Source of the DNA: Chloroflexota bacterium
Lineage (GTDB): Bacteria > Chloroflexota > Anaerolineae > UBA4142
Assembly: GCA_016865935.1 (NCBI GenBank)
Contig: VGOB01000001.1
Coordinates: 1-63,690 of the forward strand
Reading direction: 5' to 3'
Length of the DNA: 63,690 bases
Shown: in pieces, positions 6,888 to 20,325 of the stretch
Layout of the letters: the number at the start of each line of letters is the position of its first letter
How positions within the stretch are numbered: position 1 is the first letter of the stretch
Program-made: the position numbers and the translations under genes
Notes under the pieces: generated by a model
Seen by the model: only the letters and a program-made list of their open reading frames with translations
What the model was told of the DNA's origin: nothing
The model's database searches: none

Positions 6888-8756
6888 TTAGAACAACCCC
6901 ACAACCTTGCCCGTCTTCAAATCCAAATCCACATCGTAAAACACCGGACGCGTGGGGAGACCTGGCATCGTGCGCATCGCGCCGCAGAGCGGATAGAGAA
7001 AGCCCGCGCCGACGGACGCGCGAATATCGCGCACCGGCAGACGCCAACCGGTCGGACGCCCCTTGAGCGTGGCGTCGTGCGACAACGACAGGTGCGTCTT
7101 CGCCATATTGATCGGCAGTTTGTCGAAGCCGAGCCGCGTGTACAGTTCGATCTTCTTTTCGGCTTCGGGCATATAATCCACGCCATCCGCGCCGTACACT
7201 TTTTTCGCGATGATTTCGATCTTTTCCTTGATGGACCAATCGAGCGGGTAGAGGAATTCAAAGTGACTCTTTTGCTTTGCCGCATCCATCACCGCTTCGC
7301 CCAGTTCAATCGCGCCCTTGCCGCCGTTCATCCAGTGTGTACACGCCACCGCGACCGATCCGGCTTCTTCGGTCAGCCGCTTGACGAGTTTGACTTCGTC
7401 CTTCGTATCGTACTTGAACGAGTTGATCGCGACGACGACCGGCACGCCGAACAGTTTTGCGTTCTCGATGTGCTTGAGCAGATTGCCCATTCCTTTTTCG
7501 AGGAGCGCGAGATTTTCTTCGGTGTACGCTTTGTCGAGCGGGCGCCCGGCGACAACCCTGGGTCCGCCGCCGTGCATCTTGAGCGCGCGAATCGTCGCGA
7601 CGATGACGACGGCGTTGGGAATCAAGCCCGAGTAGCGGCACTTGATGTCCATAAATTTTTCCATGCCGATGTCCGCGCCAAAGCCGGATTCCGTGACGAC
7701 GTAATCGCCGAGTTTGAGCGCGATCTGATCCGCGACAATCGAGTTGTTGCCGTGCGCGATGTTCGCAAACGGTCCCGCGTGCACAAACGCCGGAGTGCCT
7801 TCGAGTGTCTGCATCAGGTTCGGCATCAACGCGTCTTTCATCAAGACGGTCATCGCACCGGCGACACCCAAATCTTCAGCCGTAATCGGATCGCCGGCTT
7901 TGCTCGTGCCGATGACGATGCGTCCGAGTCGGTCGCGCAAATCTTCCAAGCCAGTCGTCAGCGCGAGGATCGCCATAATTTCGGATGCGACGGCGATGTC
8001 ATAGCCGGTGAGGCGTTCGAGACCTTTGCCTTTTTCGTCGTCGCCAAGGTTGATCTGGATGCGGCGCAAGTGGCGGTCGTTGATGTCCACGACGCGCTGC
8101 CATTGGATCGCCGCCGGATCAATATCGAGCCGGAAGAGGCGGCGTTTTTCTTCGAGCGTCAAGTCTTTGAATTCTTTCTTGATGCCCAGTTTCGCCATCC
8201 GCTTGCGAATCGTCGGCGCGATGTAGCCGTCCGGGCAGTACGCCTGCGCGAGTTTGGCGTCGTCTGGGTTTTCCATCTCGTGGAGAATCCGCGAGTCAAT
8301 CGCCGCGGCGAGGAGATTGTTCGCCGCGCTGACCGCGTGAATGTCGCCGGTGAGATGGAGATTGAAATCTTCCATCGGGACGACTTGGGAATAGCCGCCG
8401 CCTGCCGCGCCACCCTTGATCCCGAACGTGGGACCCATCGAGGGTTGGCGGATGCAGGTGATGACGTTCTGTTTCAAATGCGCGCCGAGCGCTTGGGAGA
8501 GACCGCAGGTTGTGGTGGTTTTGCCTTCGCCGAGGGGAGTCGGCGTGATCGCGGTCACGTCAATGTACTTGCCGTTCTTGCGTTTTTTGAGGCGGTCGCG
8601 CACGTCGAGGTGAACCTTCGCCTTGTAGGGACCGAAGAGTTCCAGTTCTTTTTCTTTCAACCCGATTTCTTCCGCGACTTGAAGAATCGGTTTCAGCTTG
8701 CAGGCTTGCGCGATTTCAATGTCGCTGGGCACGGGGTGCTTGATCTTGATTGCCAT
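6888..8756 (-). CDS. fhs: formate--tetrahydrofolate ligase (long form)
   Basis: 622-aa ORF with GGAAGGAGG SD. P-loop [12 protein letters not shown]. The C-terminus ...[16 protein letters not shown] is typical of FTHFS. Confidence 0.95.
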   Translation of the reverse strand: MAIKIKHPVPSDIEIAQACKLKPILQVAEEIGLKEKELELFGPYKAKVHLDVRDRLKKRKNGKYIDVTAITPTPLGEGKTTTTCGLSQALGAHLKQNVITCIRQPSMGPTFGIKGGAAGGGYSQVVPMEDFNLHLTGDIHAVSAANNLLAAAIDSRILHEMENPDDAKLAQAYCPDGYIAPTIRKRMAKLGIKKEFKDLTLEEKRRLFRLDIDPAAIQWQRVVDINDRHLRRIQINLGDDEKGKGLERLTGYDIAVASEIMAILALTTGLEDLRDRLGRIVIGTSKAGDPITAEDLGVAGAMTVLMKDALMPNLMQTLEGTPAFVHAGPFANIAHGNNSIVADQIALKLGDYVVTESGFGADIGMEKFMDIKCRYSGLIPNAVVIVATIRALKMHGGGPRVVAGRPLDKAYTEENLALLEKGMGNLLKHIENAKLFGVPVVVAINSFKYDTKDEVKLVKRLTEEAGSVAVACTHWMNGGKGAIELGEAVMDAAKQKSHFEFLYPLDWSIKEKIEIIAKKVYGADGVDYMPEAEKKIELYTRLGFDKLPINMAKTHLSLSHDATLKGRPTGWRLPVRDIRASVGAGFLYPLCGAMRTMPGLPTRPVFYDVDLDLKTGKVVGLF

Positions 8757-8861
8757 CGTTGGCTCCTCCTTCCAGGATGCGTCATTGCGATTTGAGATCT
8801 GGAGATCAGAAAATCTCCAATGTCAAGATAACAAAGCGCGGTCAAAATCCAGTCAAAATGC

Positions 8862-8890
8862 AGTTTAACTATAGTACGATTCCTTGTCAA
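8862..8890 (-). promoter_or_regulatory. candidate sigma70-type promoter of fhs
   Basis: On the minus strand: TTGACA (8890..8885), 17-nt spacer, TAAACT (8867..8862). This lies about 100 nt upstream of the fhs ATG. Confidence 0.35.
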
Positions 8891-8900
8891 GAAACGAGAA

Positions 8901-8929
8901 TGGCGAATCCGGACCGTCCGGATTCGCCA
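8901..8929 (-). terminator. hairpin terminator downstream of the padR/Cys-rich operon
   Basis: TGGCGAATCCGGA-CCG-TCCGGATTCGCCA forms a 13-bp stem, followed on the minus strand by TTCTCGTTTCTT. Confidence 0.5.
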
Positions 8930-8992
8930 TCTGAGGCGCGCACAGGTTCTTAATCGGTTACGATTCGGTTACGAACTTTGACCGCGCGCGAT

Positions 8993-9238
8993 TTACTTGC
9001 GGAGATCCGCCAACCGCTCTTCGACGGCTTGGACTTCGGTCTTCAATTCCGCCAGATACTTTTCCAGTCCGGCAATCTGTTCGGCTTTGGTCTGGTAGCG
9101 GCGCTGGAATTTGCCGTGTCCACAACCACAGTCACAACCGCAACCGCAATTGCAGTCACAGCCGCAGCCGCCGTCGCAGCCGCCGTGTCCCTCGCCGCAG
9201 CCACAACTGCCCTGTCCGTGCTTTTCGTCGCAACTCAT
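8993..9238 (-). CDS. Cys/Gly-rich small protein with C-terminal coiled coil (DUF5320-like)
   Basis: 81 aa from the ATG at 9238, overlapping the padR stop by 4 nt (ATGA). Sequence MSCDEKHGQGSCGCGEGHGGCDGGCGCDCNCGCGCDCGCGHG followed by KAEQIAGLEKYLAELKTEVQAVEERLADL. Confidence 0.65.
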   Translation of the reverse strand: MSCDEKHGQGSCGCGEGHGGCDGGCGCDCNCGCGCDCGCGHGKFQRRYQTKAEQIAGLEKYLAELKTEVQAVEERLADLRK

Positions 9239-9654
9239 TTTCGCTTCTCCTTTTTTCGTTTGGTTGGCGATGGCGCAGGCGCGCGTGTGAGCGACGCGTA
9301 CTCGGCGAGAAAATGTTCCAGTTGGTCGCGCGTCTTGCGGATGTCCGCGCTCCACCATTCCAGGTACTCGCGTCCGGCGGACGTGAGCTGGTAGACGCGG
9401 CGCGCCGGTCCGCGCGCGGGCGTGTCCCACGTCGAATTCACCAAGCCCGCTTCCTCGAATTGGCGGAGCGTGCGGTACAACATTCCCGGATCGGCAAGGT
9501 TCTCCAGCCCGGCAGTCGAACGCAGCGCGTCCATCAGATCGTAACCGTGCGTGGCTTGCTGCGCCAACAGCAACAGCAAGCGCGGCTGGATAAAGCCCCG
9601 CACCTGACAACCACACCGACAGTTTCGCTTTGGTTCGCGTCGTTTGCCACACAT
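9235..9654 (-). CDS. PadR-family transcriptional regulator with Cys-containing N-terminal tail
   Basis: 139-aa ORF. Winged-helix signature LLLLLAQQATHGYDLMDAL...MLYRTLRQFEEAGLV...RRVYQLTSAGREYL. N-terminal tail MCGKRREPKRNCRCGC. Confidence 0.85.
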   Translation of the reverse strand: MCGKRREPKRNCRCGCQVRGFIQPRLLLLLAQQATHGYDLMDALRSTAGLENLADPGMLYRTLRQFEEAGLVNSTWDTPARGPARRVYQLTSAGREYLEWWSADIRKTRDQLEHFLAEYASLTRAPAPSPTKRKKEKRK

Positions 9655-9676
9655 CGCGTTTGTGCCATCTCCAACT

Positions 9677-9720
9677 ATATGATTTGTTCATATAATAAGC
9701 GAAAACATCTAGATTGTCAA
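9677..9720 (-). promoter_or_regulatory. candidate padR promoter with overlapping palindromic operator
   Basis: On the minus strand: TTGACA (9720..9715), 17-nt spacer, TATTAT (9697..9692). The palindrome ATATGA-5-TCATAT at 9677..9693 overlaps the -10. Confidence 0.4.
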
Positions 9721-9734
9721 ATTCGCCGCCGTTT

Positions 9735-9870
9735 GAAAACGACGGCTCAAAGAAGAAAACGACGGCTCAAAGACGTGGAAACTCGATAAATCGAGTTGGC
9801 GCTAATCGGTTTCTAACCGATTTCCACCTGATCAGACGCCGAATTCCATTCGGCGGCATTCGCGCCCCCA
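9735..9870. repeat. array of short consecutive stem-loops
   Basis: Direct GAAAACGACGGCTCAAAGA x2, then CTCGATAAATCGAG, AATCGGTTTCTAACCGATT and CGCCGAATTCCATTCGGCG. A similar architecture lies at 27300..27500. Confidence 0.4.
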
Positions 9871-9882
9871 AGATATGGCGTT

Positions 9883-10569
9883 TCATCGCGCCGCGCCCGC
9901 CAAGCGTTCAATCGCGCGCATCCACGCGTCGCCTTCCGCGCCAAAACCTTCCGCCATAAAACGATAATCGTTCTTACGAATGAACTCGTCCAACTCGGCG
10001 ACCAAGCGCGCGTTGATCTCGATTTGCATTTCGATCAGCGCGTCGAGCGTTTCGACGCGCGCTGCCGCGTCACACGCTTGCGCGAAATGCGGACGACACA
10101 AGCCAGCCGATGCCCGGAACTTGGCGCAGAAATCGCCTTCCGCCAGCGACTCGATCAGCACTTTGAGATCGCGCTGTTCGATTTCATTCTCGCGCTCACA
10201 CACCAAACATTTTTCTTTCGCGCGGTTCGCGTGCGCGGCGTGGTGGACAAATTTAGAAATTTGTCCTACGCCGCGCCCCCTTGGTTTTTGTACCTGTTCG
10301 AGCTGCGCCTGCCACTGGTTGAGCGCATCGCGATTCAGAAACGCCATCCCCAACGCGCTCCCGTGCACTGCGCGCATCTGCCACGCGTGGCGATGGCAAA
10401 AGCCAAGCGCTTGCGCCGCGCGGCGTCGAATGCCCGGATCGTTGACGCTTTCGTACAGCAGTCCATCCACAAAACGCGCGATCGCTTTTTGGGTCAGACG
10501 GCAGATCGCGCAACCTTCCTGAGATAACGCGTGTTCCAAATCCCAACGCGTGGAATCGCGTGAGTGCAT
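9883..10569 (-). CDS. Cys-motif protein, DUF6062-like
   Basis: 228 aa from the ATG at 10569 (AAGGAG SD). Motifs CAIC, FCHRH, CLVC and LCRPH are spaced as in DUF6062-type putative zinc-binding proteins (family recognised from memory). Confidence 0.65.
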   Translation of the reverse strand: MHSRDSTRWDLEHALSQEGCAICRLTQKAIARFVDGLLYESVNDPGIRRRAAQALGFCHRHAWQMRAVHGSALGMAFLNRDALNQWQAQLEQVQKPRGRGVGQISKFVHHAAHANRAKEKCLVCERENEIEQRDLKVLIESLAEGDFCAKFRASAGLCRPHFAQACDAAARVETLDALIEMQIEINARLVAELDEFIRKNDYRFMAEGFGAEGDAWMRAIERLAGAAR

Positions 10570-10677
10570 CTTGCTCCTTGAAAAATACAAGCCGCCACGG
10601 AAAATCCGTAGCGGCTATCAGTCGGCAAGCCGACGGTTGTTGCGAGCCACATCGCAATATGCGATTGAGTTGACTGC

Positions 10678-10705
10678 ATTATAGTTAAATCGTTCGTCTA
10701 GTCAA
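10678..10705 (-). promoter_or_regulatory. candidate promoter of the DUF6062-like gene
   Basis: On the minus strand: TTGACT (10705..10700), 16-nt spacer, TATAAT (10683..10678). The about 100-nt leader contains three hairpins. Confidence 0.4.
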
Positions 10706-10730
10706 ACCAGCCGTAGTTTGAAAGCGTCCA

Positions 10731-10824
10731 ATTTCATTCTCGCGTTCGCACGCCAGGCATTTTGCTTTCGCGCGATTCGCGTGCGCGGCGTGGTGGACAA
10801 ATTTAGAAATTTGTCCTACGCCGC
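10731..10824 (-). pseudogene. 94-bp fragment duplicated from the DUF6062-like gene (10184..10277)
   Basis: Near-identical run ...GTGCGCGGCGTGGTGGACAAATTTAGAAATTTGTCCTACGCCGCGCC. It encodes RRGVGQISKFVHHAAHANRAKAKCLACERENEI, against the intact gene's GRGVGQISKFVHHAAHANRAKEKCLVCERENEI. Confidence 0.6.
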
Positions 10825-10825
10825 G

Positions 10826-11009
10826 CCTGCGCGGTTGGCGCGGCTGAGCCGTTGCGCGAAATGTTGAATGAAAAAGATCGCCGCGCGTTTGACGACGAAG
10901 CCAGCGCGCTGCGCGCGCACCTCGGCGACGCGGCGTTTGAAACCGCGCGGGCAGAAGGACGCGCGATGACGTTGGAACAAGCGATGGAGTACACGCTGGA
11001 GCAGTCATA
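10826..11009 (+). pseudogene. orphan 3' fragment of a large TPR/LuxR-type regulator gene
   Basis: The plus-frame translation ...EPLREMLNEKDRRAFDDEASALRAHLGDAAFETARAEGRAMTLEQAMEYTLEQS* is the typical C-terminus of such regulators. No upstream body is present. Confidence 0.4.
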
Positions 11010-11041
11010 GACCTTCGAGGTCTCCAAGACCTCGAAGGTCT
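11009..11041. terminator. perfect hairpin of the AGACCTTC..TCCAA..GAAGGTCT family (copy I1), 11 nt after the rpoC stop
   Basis: AGACCTTCGAGGTC-TCCAA-GACCTCGAAGGTCT forms a 14-bp stem. There is no U-tract on either side. Confidence 0.45.
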
Positions 11042-11052
11042 CTTGAACCGCA

Positions 11053-15516
<4,464 letters not shown>

Positions 15517-15526
15517 TCTGCCTCCC

Positions 15527-15578
15527 AAAACAAAACACGCGCGCCGCGGCACGCCGAGCGTGGGGCGTGGAGCGTGTT
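15527..15578 (-). promoter_or_regulatory. terminator-like hairpin plus U-run abutting the rpoC SD (candidate attenuator)
   Basis: On the minus strand: AACACGC...(inner CACGCC/GGCGTG)...GCGTGTT, followed by TTTTGTTTT and directly by GGGAGG. Confidence 0.3.
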
Positions 15579-15793
15579 CCGTTGTTTGGGTCTCTTGAAC
15601 GAGCGGGTTTGAAAACGAGGAACGATCGTGGAGAAAAGCGCCGGGCGCACGGAAGCGGCGCGAATCGCGCGGCGCGAGATCGAATGTCCGGGGATACGAA
15701 CGATGGGGGTTTGCGACGTCCGCAAATCGGCTCCCGTCGCTTGCCGTGGCTGGACGATCACTTGACCGCCAAGTGGCAAAGCGTCTCGGGTGT

Positions 15794-15821
15794 ATTCTAT
15801 CCAACGATACCGAATTGTCAA
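15794..15821 (-). promoter_or_regulatory. candidate rpoC promoter
   Basis: On the minus strand: TTGACA (15821..15816), 16-nt spacer, TAGAAT (15799..15794). This implies a leader of about 270 nt. Confidence 0.3.
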
Positions 15822-15909
15822 ATCCGGTTGGATAAGAACGATCAAACAGCCCAAGATGCCAAAATCGCCAAACCAAACCTTGAGCGCGTTTGGCACATTT
15901 GCCTTGTCT

Positions 15910-15938
15910 TTGACGGATTTCCCTGCTTGGGATATAAT
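15910..15938 (+). promoter_or_regulatory. candidate yvcK-gap-pgk promoter
   Basis: TTGACG (15910..15915), 17-nt spacer, TATAAT (15933..15938), 34 nt upstream of the ATG at 15972. Confidence 0.4.
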
Positions 15939-15971
15939 AAAAACTGTGGTGAGTTCGAGAGAATCAGACCT

Positions 15972-17279
15972 ATGAGCGGCAAGATCAGCCCTGCCAGTTT
16001 TCAAGTATGGCTAGTCAAGCGGTTAAATTGCAAGTGGCTGTATATTGGGCTGGGAATCAAGCGCTGGCTGGTCTTGCTTTTTGTCGGGGTCGCGGCGCTG
16101 GCGTTGGGTATTCTCTGCATCCTGATCGATTTGTATCCGACCGCGCGCCTGCCAGAATATTTCTATTCTCTCACCCTTCGTCTGCTCGACCGTGATGTGC
16201 GCGGTCTTTTCCTCTGCGTAGTCGGCGTTGTGATGATTCTGATCGCCGTCGCTCGATTGAGCAAGTCGCTCACCTCCGCGCTTGCGCCGGAAGATACGGA
16301 TCTAGTCGAAGTGCTGTATCGCAAACGCGCGCGTAAAAAGGGTCCGAAGATCGTCGCGCTGGGCGGCGGCACCGGACTCTCGACCCTGTTGCGCGGCTTG
16401 AAGGAACACGCCGCGCAACTGACCGCGATCGTGACGGTGGCGGACGACGGCGGCAGTTCCGGTCGCTTGCGACGCGAATTGGGCGTACTGCCGCCCGGCG
16501 ATTTCCGGCAGTGCATCGCCGCGCTGGCGGATTCCGAACCGCTGATGACTTCACTGTTGCAGTACCGTTTCGGCAGCGGCTCTGGGTTGGAGGGGCACTC
16601 GTTCGGCAATCTGTTGATTGTCGCGATGGCGGGGATCACCGGCAGTTTCGAGCGCGCGTTGCGCGAATCGTCGCGCGTGCTTGCCGTGCGCGGACAAATT
16701 CTGCCTTCGACGCTGCGCCACGTGACGCTGTGCGCGGAGACGCGCACGCCGGAACTGGAGCGCGTCGCGGGCGAATCGGAAATCACGCGGCGCGGCGCGC
16801 GGATCGTGCGCGTGTACCTGGAACCGGAAAACACGCCCGCGTATCCGGACGCGGTGCGCGCGCTGCTCGACGCGGACTTGATCATCGCGGGTCCCGGCAG
16901 TTTGTACACCAGCATCCTGCCCAACTTGCTGGTGCCGGACATTCAAAACGCGCTGCGCGCAGCCACGGCGAAAAAAATCTACGTCTGCAACATCGCTACC
17001 CAACCGGGCGAGACGGACGATTTTTCGGTCGAGGATCATTTCGCCGCGCTGGAACAGCACGTCGGCGCGGGCATCTTCACGCACATCTTGGCAAACGACA
17101 ACTATCGCGTGAATTTCCCGGACGCGTCGCCCAGCCAACTGGTCAAGCCGCGCACTGGCGCGCCGCGCGATCGCGCGATCATTTTCGCCGACTTGGTGGA
17201 CGAGACCAAGTCGTGGCGGCACGATCCGAAAAAGTTGGCTCAAGTTATTTTGAATTGGCACGAGACACGGAACACGTGA
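15972..17279 (+). CDS. yvcK: YvcK/CofD-family gluconeogenesis factor with N-terminal membrane segments
   Basis: 435 aa from the ATG at 15972. Signature IVALGGGTGLSTLLRGLK...TAIVTVADDGGSSGRLRRELGVLPPGDFRQC. Confidence 0.85.
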   Translation: MSGKISPASFQVWLVKRLNCKWLYIGLGIKRWLVLLFVGVAALALGILCILIDLYPTARLPEYFYSLTLRLLDRDVRGLFLCVVGVVMILIAVARLSKSLTSALAPEDTDLVEVLYRKRARKKGPKIVALGGGTGLSTLLRGLKEHAAQLTAIVTVADDGGSSGRLRRELGVLPPGDFRQCIAALADSEPLMTSLLQYRFGSGSGLEGHSFGNLLIVAMAGITGSFERALRESSRVLAVRGQILPSTLRHVTLCAETRTPELERVAGESEITRRGARIVRVYLEPENTPAYPDAVRALLDADLIIAGPGSLYTSILPNLLVPDIQNALRAATAKKIYVCNIATQPGETDDFSVEDHFAALEQHVGAGIFTHILANDNYRVNFPDASPSQLVKPRTGAPRDRAIIFADLVDETKSWRHDPKKLAQVILNWHETRNT

Positions 17280-17337
17280 CACAACGGCGTGATCCGCCAT
17301 CCGTGAAAACAAACAACGCACATAGGAGGATTTTCCA

Positions 17338-18348
17338 ATGGCAATCAAAGTAGGCATCAATGGGTTTGGTCGTATCGGGCGTTTGGCGCTCCGCACGATC
17401 AAAGAACGAACCGCCGGCAAGGTCGAAGTGGTCGCGATCAACGATCTGTTCGACGCGGCGACGAACGCGCACTTGTTCAAGTACGATTCGACGTACGGCG
17501 CGTACGCCGGCACCGTCGAAGCGAAAGACGGCAACCTGGTTGTGGACGGCAAGACGATCAAGGTCTTTGCCGAAAAAGATTTGAACGCGATCAAGTGGGG
17601 CGAGCAGGGTGTTGACATCGTCGTCGAAGCGACGGGGTTGTTCGCCGACGCGACGAAATCACGCGGTCACATCACTTCCGGCGGCGCGAAAAAAGTGATC
17701 ATTGCCGCGCCCGGCAAAAACGAAGACCTCACGATCGTCTTGGGCGTGAACAGCGACAAGTACGATCCGGCGAAGCATCACGTCGTTTCGAACGCGTCTT
17801 GCACGACGAACGGTCTCGCGCCGGTCGCCAAAGTGTTGAACGACAAGTTCGGGATCGAAAAAGGTTTGCTGACGACGGTGCATGCGTACACCAACTCACA
17901 AAAATTGCAAGATGTCGGCGCGAAAGATTTGCGCGACGCGCGCGCCGCCGCGCAAAACATCGTCCCGTCGGAAACCGGCGCGGCAAAAGCAGTCGGGCTG
18001 GTGATTCCGGAACTCAAAGGCAAATTCGGCGGGATGGCGTTCCGCGTTCCCACGCCGACCGTTTCGGTGGTGGACTTTGTCGCGATCTTGAACAAGGAAA
18101 CGTCGAAGGACGACATTCGCGCGGCGATGCTCGAATACGCGAACGGAGCGATGAAGGGCATTCTCGGCGTCACCGACGAATTGCTCGTCTCGACCGATCT
18201 GCGCGGCACCACACTCTCGTCCGTCTTCAGCGCGCCGGATACCATCGTGTTGGGCAATCTGGTCAAAGTGCTGGCGTGGTACGATAACGAGTGGGGCTAC
18301 GCGTGCCGCATCGCGGATCTCGCGTTGATGATGGGAAGCAAGCTGTAA
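17338..18348 (+). CDS. gap: type I glyceraldehyde-3-phosphate dehydrogenase
   Basis: 336-aa ORF with AGGAGG SD. Motifs INGFGRIGR and the active site SNASCTTN. Confidence 0.95.
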   Translation: MAIKVGINGFGRIGRLALRTIKERTAGKVEVVAINDLFDAATNAHLFKYDSTYGAYAGTVEAKDGNLVVDGKTIKVFAEKDLNAIKWGEQGVDIVVEATGLFADATKSRGHITSGGAKKVIIAAPGKNEDLTIVLGVNSDKYDPAKHHVVSNASCTTNGLAPVAKVLNDKFGIEKGLLTTVHAYTNSQKLQDVGAKDLRDARAAAQNIVPSETGAAKAVGLVIPELKGKFGGMAFRVPTPTVSVVDFVAILNKETSKDDIRAAMLEYANGAMKGILGVTDELLVSTDLRGTTLSSVFSAPDTIVLGNLVKVLAWYDNEWGYACRIADLALMMGSKL

Positions 18349-18350
18349 GC

Positions 18351-18437
18351 AGTGGACAGTGAACAGTGGGCAGTATTCAGTATTCAGTATTCAGTGTTCA
18401 GTCACTGGATACTGGATACTGAACACTGAATACTGGA
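18351..18437. repeat. palindromic repeat built from CAGTATT heptamers (copy A1), between gap and pgk
   Basis: CAGTATTCAGTATTCAGTATTCAGTGTTCAGTCACTGG / ATACTGGATACTGAACACTGAATACTGG. Confidence 0.65.
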
Positions 18438-18438
18438 T

Positions 18439-19620
18439 GTGGCTATGAACAAAAAAACCGTCAAAGATATCAACCTTAAAGGCAAACGCGTCTTGATGCG
18501 CGTAGATTTCAACGTGCCGATGGACAAGGGTGTGGTGACTGACGACAAGCGCATCCGCGCCGCGCTGCCGACGATTCAGTACGTGCTGGAACAAGGCGCG
18601 GCGTTGATCGTGATGAGCCACCTGGGTCGCCCGAAAGGCGCGGGCTTTGAAGCCGAGTTCAGTTTGAAACCTGCCGCCGAAGTGTTGGGCAAACTGCTCA
18701 ACCAGCCAGTCCAGATCGCGCCCGATTGCATCGGACCCGAAGTTGAAGCGCTGGCAAAGTCGCTGAAGCCCGGCGAAGTGCTGATGCTGGAAAACGTGCG
18801 TTTCCACAAAGAAGAAGAGAAGAACGATCCTGGGTTCGCCAAGCAACTTGCCGCGCTCGGCGAAATCTACGTGAACGACGCGTTCGGCTCGGCGCACCGC
18901 GCGCACGCGAGTACCGAAGGCGTGGCGAAGTTTCTCCCCGCCGTCTCCGGCTTTTTGATGGAGCAGGAATTAGAGTACCTGGGTCGCGCGACGCTGAATC
19001 CTGCACGGCCGTACATCGCGATTCTGGGCGGCGCGAAGATCAGCGACAAGATCGCGGTGATCGAAAACTTGTTGACCAAGTGCGACAAGTTGATCATCGG
19101 CGGCGGAATGGCGAATACGTTCCTCGCGGCAAAGGGTTACGCGATGCAAGACAGTCTCGTCGAGCCCGGCGCGATTGAGACCGCGAAGAAAATCATCGCG
19201 AACGCCGGCGGCAAACTCCTCTTGCCGATTGACGCGGTGATCGCGGACAAGTTCGAAGCCGAAGCCGCGAACAAGGTCGTGGACGCGGACAAAGTTCCGG
19301 CGGGCTGGCGCATTATGGACATTGGTCCCCAATCGGTTGTGCTATTCAGCGACGCGCTCAAAGGCGCGAAACTCGTCGTGTGGAACGGACCGATGGGCGT
19401 GTTCGAAATGCCAAAGTTCGCCGAAGGCACATTCGCGATCGCGAAAGTGTTGGCGGCATCCGGCGCGACGACTGTGATCGGCGGCGGCGACAGCGCGAGC
19501 GCGGTGAAAAAAGCCGGAGTCGCGAAACAAATGACGCACGTCTCGACCGGCGGCGGCGCGTCGCTCGAATTTTTGGAAGGCAAGGTTCTGCCGGGCGTTG
19601 CGGCGTTGAATGACAAGTAA
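18439..19620 (+). CDS. pgk: phosphoglycerate kinase
   Basis: 393-aa ORF. Motifs RVDFNVP and [12 protein letters not shown], with full-length Pgk similarity. Confidence 0.95.
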   Translation: MAMNKKTVKDINLKGKRVLMRVDFNVPMDKGVVTDDKRIRAALPTIQYVLEQGAALIVMSHLGRPKGAGFEAEFSLKPAAEVLGKLLNQPVQIAPDCIGPEVEALAKSLKPGEVLMLENVRFHKEEEKNDPGFAKQLAALGEIYVNDAFGSAHRAHASTEGVAKFLPAVSGFLMEQELEYLGRATLNPARPYIAILGGAKISDKIAVIENLLTKCDKLIIGGGMANTFLAAKGYAMQDSLVEPGAIETAKKIIANAGGKLLLPIDAVIADKFEAEAANKVVDADKVPAGWRIMDIGPQSVVLFSDALKGAKLVVWNGPMGVFEMPKFAEGTFAIAKVLAASGATTVIGGGDSASAVKKAGVAKQMTHVSTGGGASLEFLEGKVLPGVAALNDK

Positions 19621-19657
19621 ACGCAAGTAGACAGTCAACAGTAGACAGTAGACAGAT

Positions 19658-19695
19658 AGACCTTCGCGATTTCCAAAACGCGAAGGTCTTTTTTT
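19658..19695 (+). terminator. rho-independent terminator after pgk (family I hairpin, copy I2)
   Basis: AGACCTTCGCG-ATTTCCAAAA-CGCGAAGGTCT followed by TTTTTT. It is preceded by GTAGACA heptamers at 19626..19657. Confidence 0.7.
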
Positions 19696-19704
19696 GACGG
19701 GGTG

Positions 19705-19713
19705 TGGTATAAT
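19705..19713 (+). promoter_or_regulatory. extended -10 element upstream of the Uma2 gene
   Basis: TGGTATAAT at 19705..19713, 26 nt upstream of the ATG at 19739. Confidence 0.3.
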
Positions 19714-19738
19714 AGTGGCAGGGAAAGAGAGGTATGCA

Positions 19739-20320
19739 ATGATCGTTCGAACGTTGCCTGAACCAACTGTCAACGTGGTCATGTCGCCGGTGACAGCCGC
19801 TGAATTGGAACGGATGCCGCAACCCGACGCGCATGTTGAACTCGTGAAAGGAGAAATCGTCACGATGTCACCCTCAGGACACGAACACGGAGAAATCGCT
19901 CTGGCGATTGGATCGTTGTTGCGCGAGTTTGTCCGGAAGCACAAACTCGGCAAAGCCTATGCCGCCGAAACCGGTTTCATTCTTTCGCGCAATCCTGACA
20001 CGGTGCGCGCGCCGGACGCCGCGTTCGTCACGGCGGCGCGCGCGGCGCAACAGACGCGGCGGCAAGGTTTCTTCGATGGCGCGCCGGATCTCGCAGTCGA
20101 AGTCGTGTCGCCTGAAGACACGGTAGACGAGATTGATACCAAGGTGCTCGAGTATCTGCACGCCGGGACGAAGTTGGTGTGGGTCGTTCATCCGCGCACG
20201 CAAACGATCACCATCTATCGCTCGCTCGATCAAGTGCGCGTGTTGACGGCGAACGATACGTTGGACGGAAACGATGTGTTACCTGGGTTCGCGCGCGCGG
20301 CGCGCGAGATTTTTGAATAG
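19739..20320 (+). CDS. Uma2-family (DUF820) endonuclease
   Basis: ATG at 19739 with GGGAAAGAGAGG SD. Sequence ...VELVKGEIVTMSPSGHEHGEIA...RAPDAAFV...PDLAVEVVSPED is typical of Uma2. Confidence 0.8.
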   Translation: MIVRTLPEPTVNVVMSPVTAAELERMPQPDAHVELVKGEIVTMSPSGHEHGEIALAIGSLLREFVRKHKLGKAYAAETGFILSRNPDTVRAPDAAFVTAARAAQQTRRQGFFDGAPDLAVEVVSPEDTVDEIDTKVLEYLHAGTKLVWVVHPRTQTITIYRSLDQVRVLTANDTLDGNDVLPGFARAAREIFE

Positions 20321-20325
20321 AGACA

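Noticed and set aside
10184-10824. Possible second TR/VR-like pair (94-bp duplicate of the DUF6062-like gene interior).
   Set aside because: The 7 mismatches include C/T, T/G and G/A changes on both strands and are not restricted to adenines of one copy. This is an ordinary diverged duplication.
15517-15876. The 120-codon N-terminal extension of the rpoC ORF in the six-frame track.
   Set aside because: The extension is not protein-like. The conserved beta' N-terminus starts at MEIRDLSAV... with a GGGAGG SD at the ATG at 15516.
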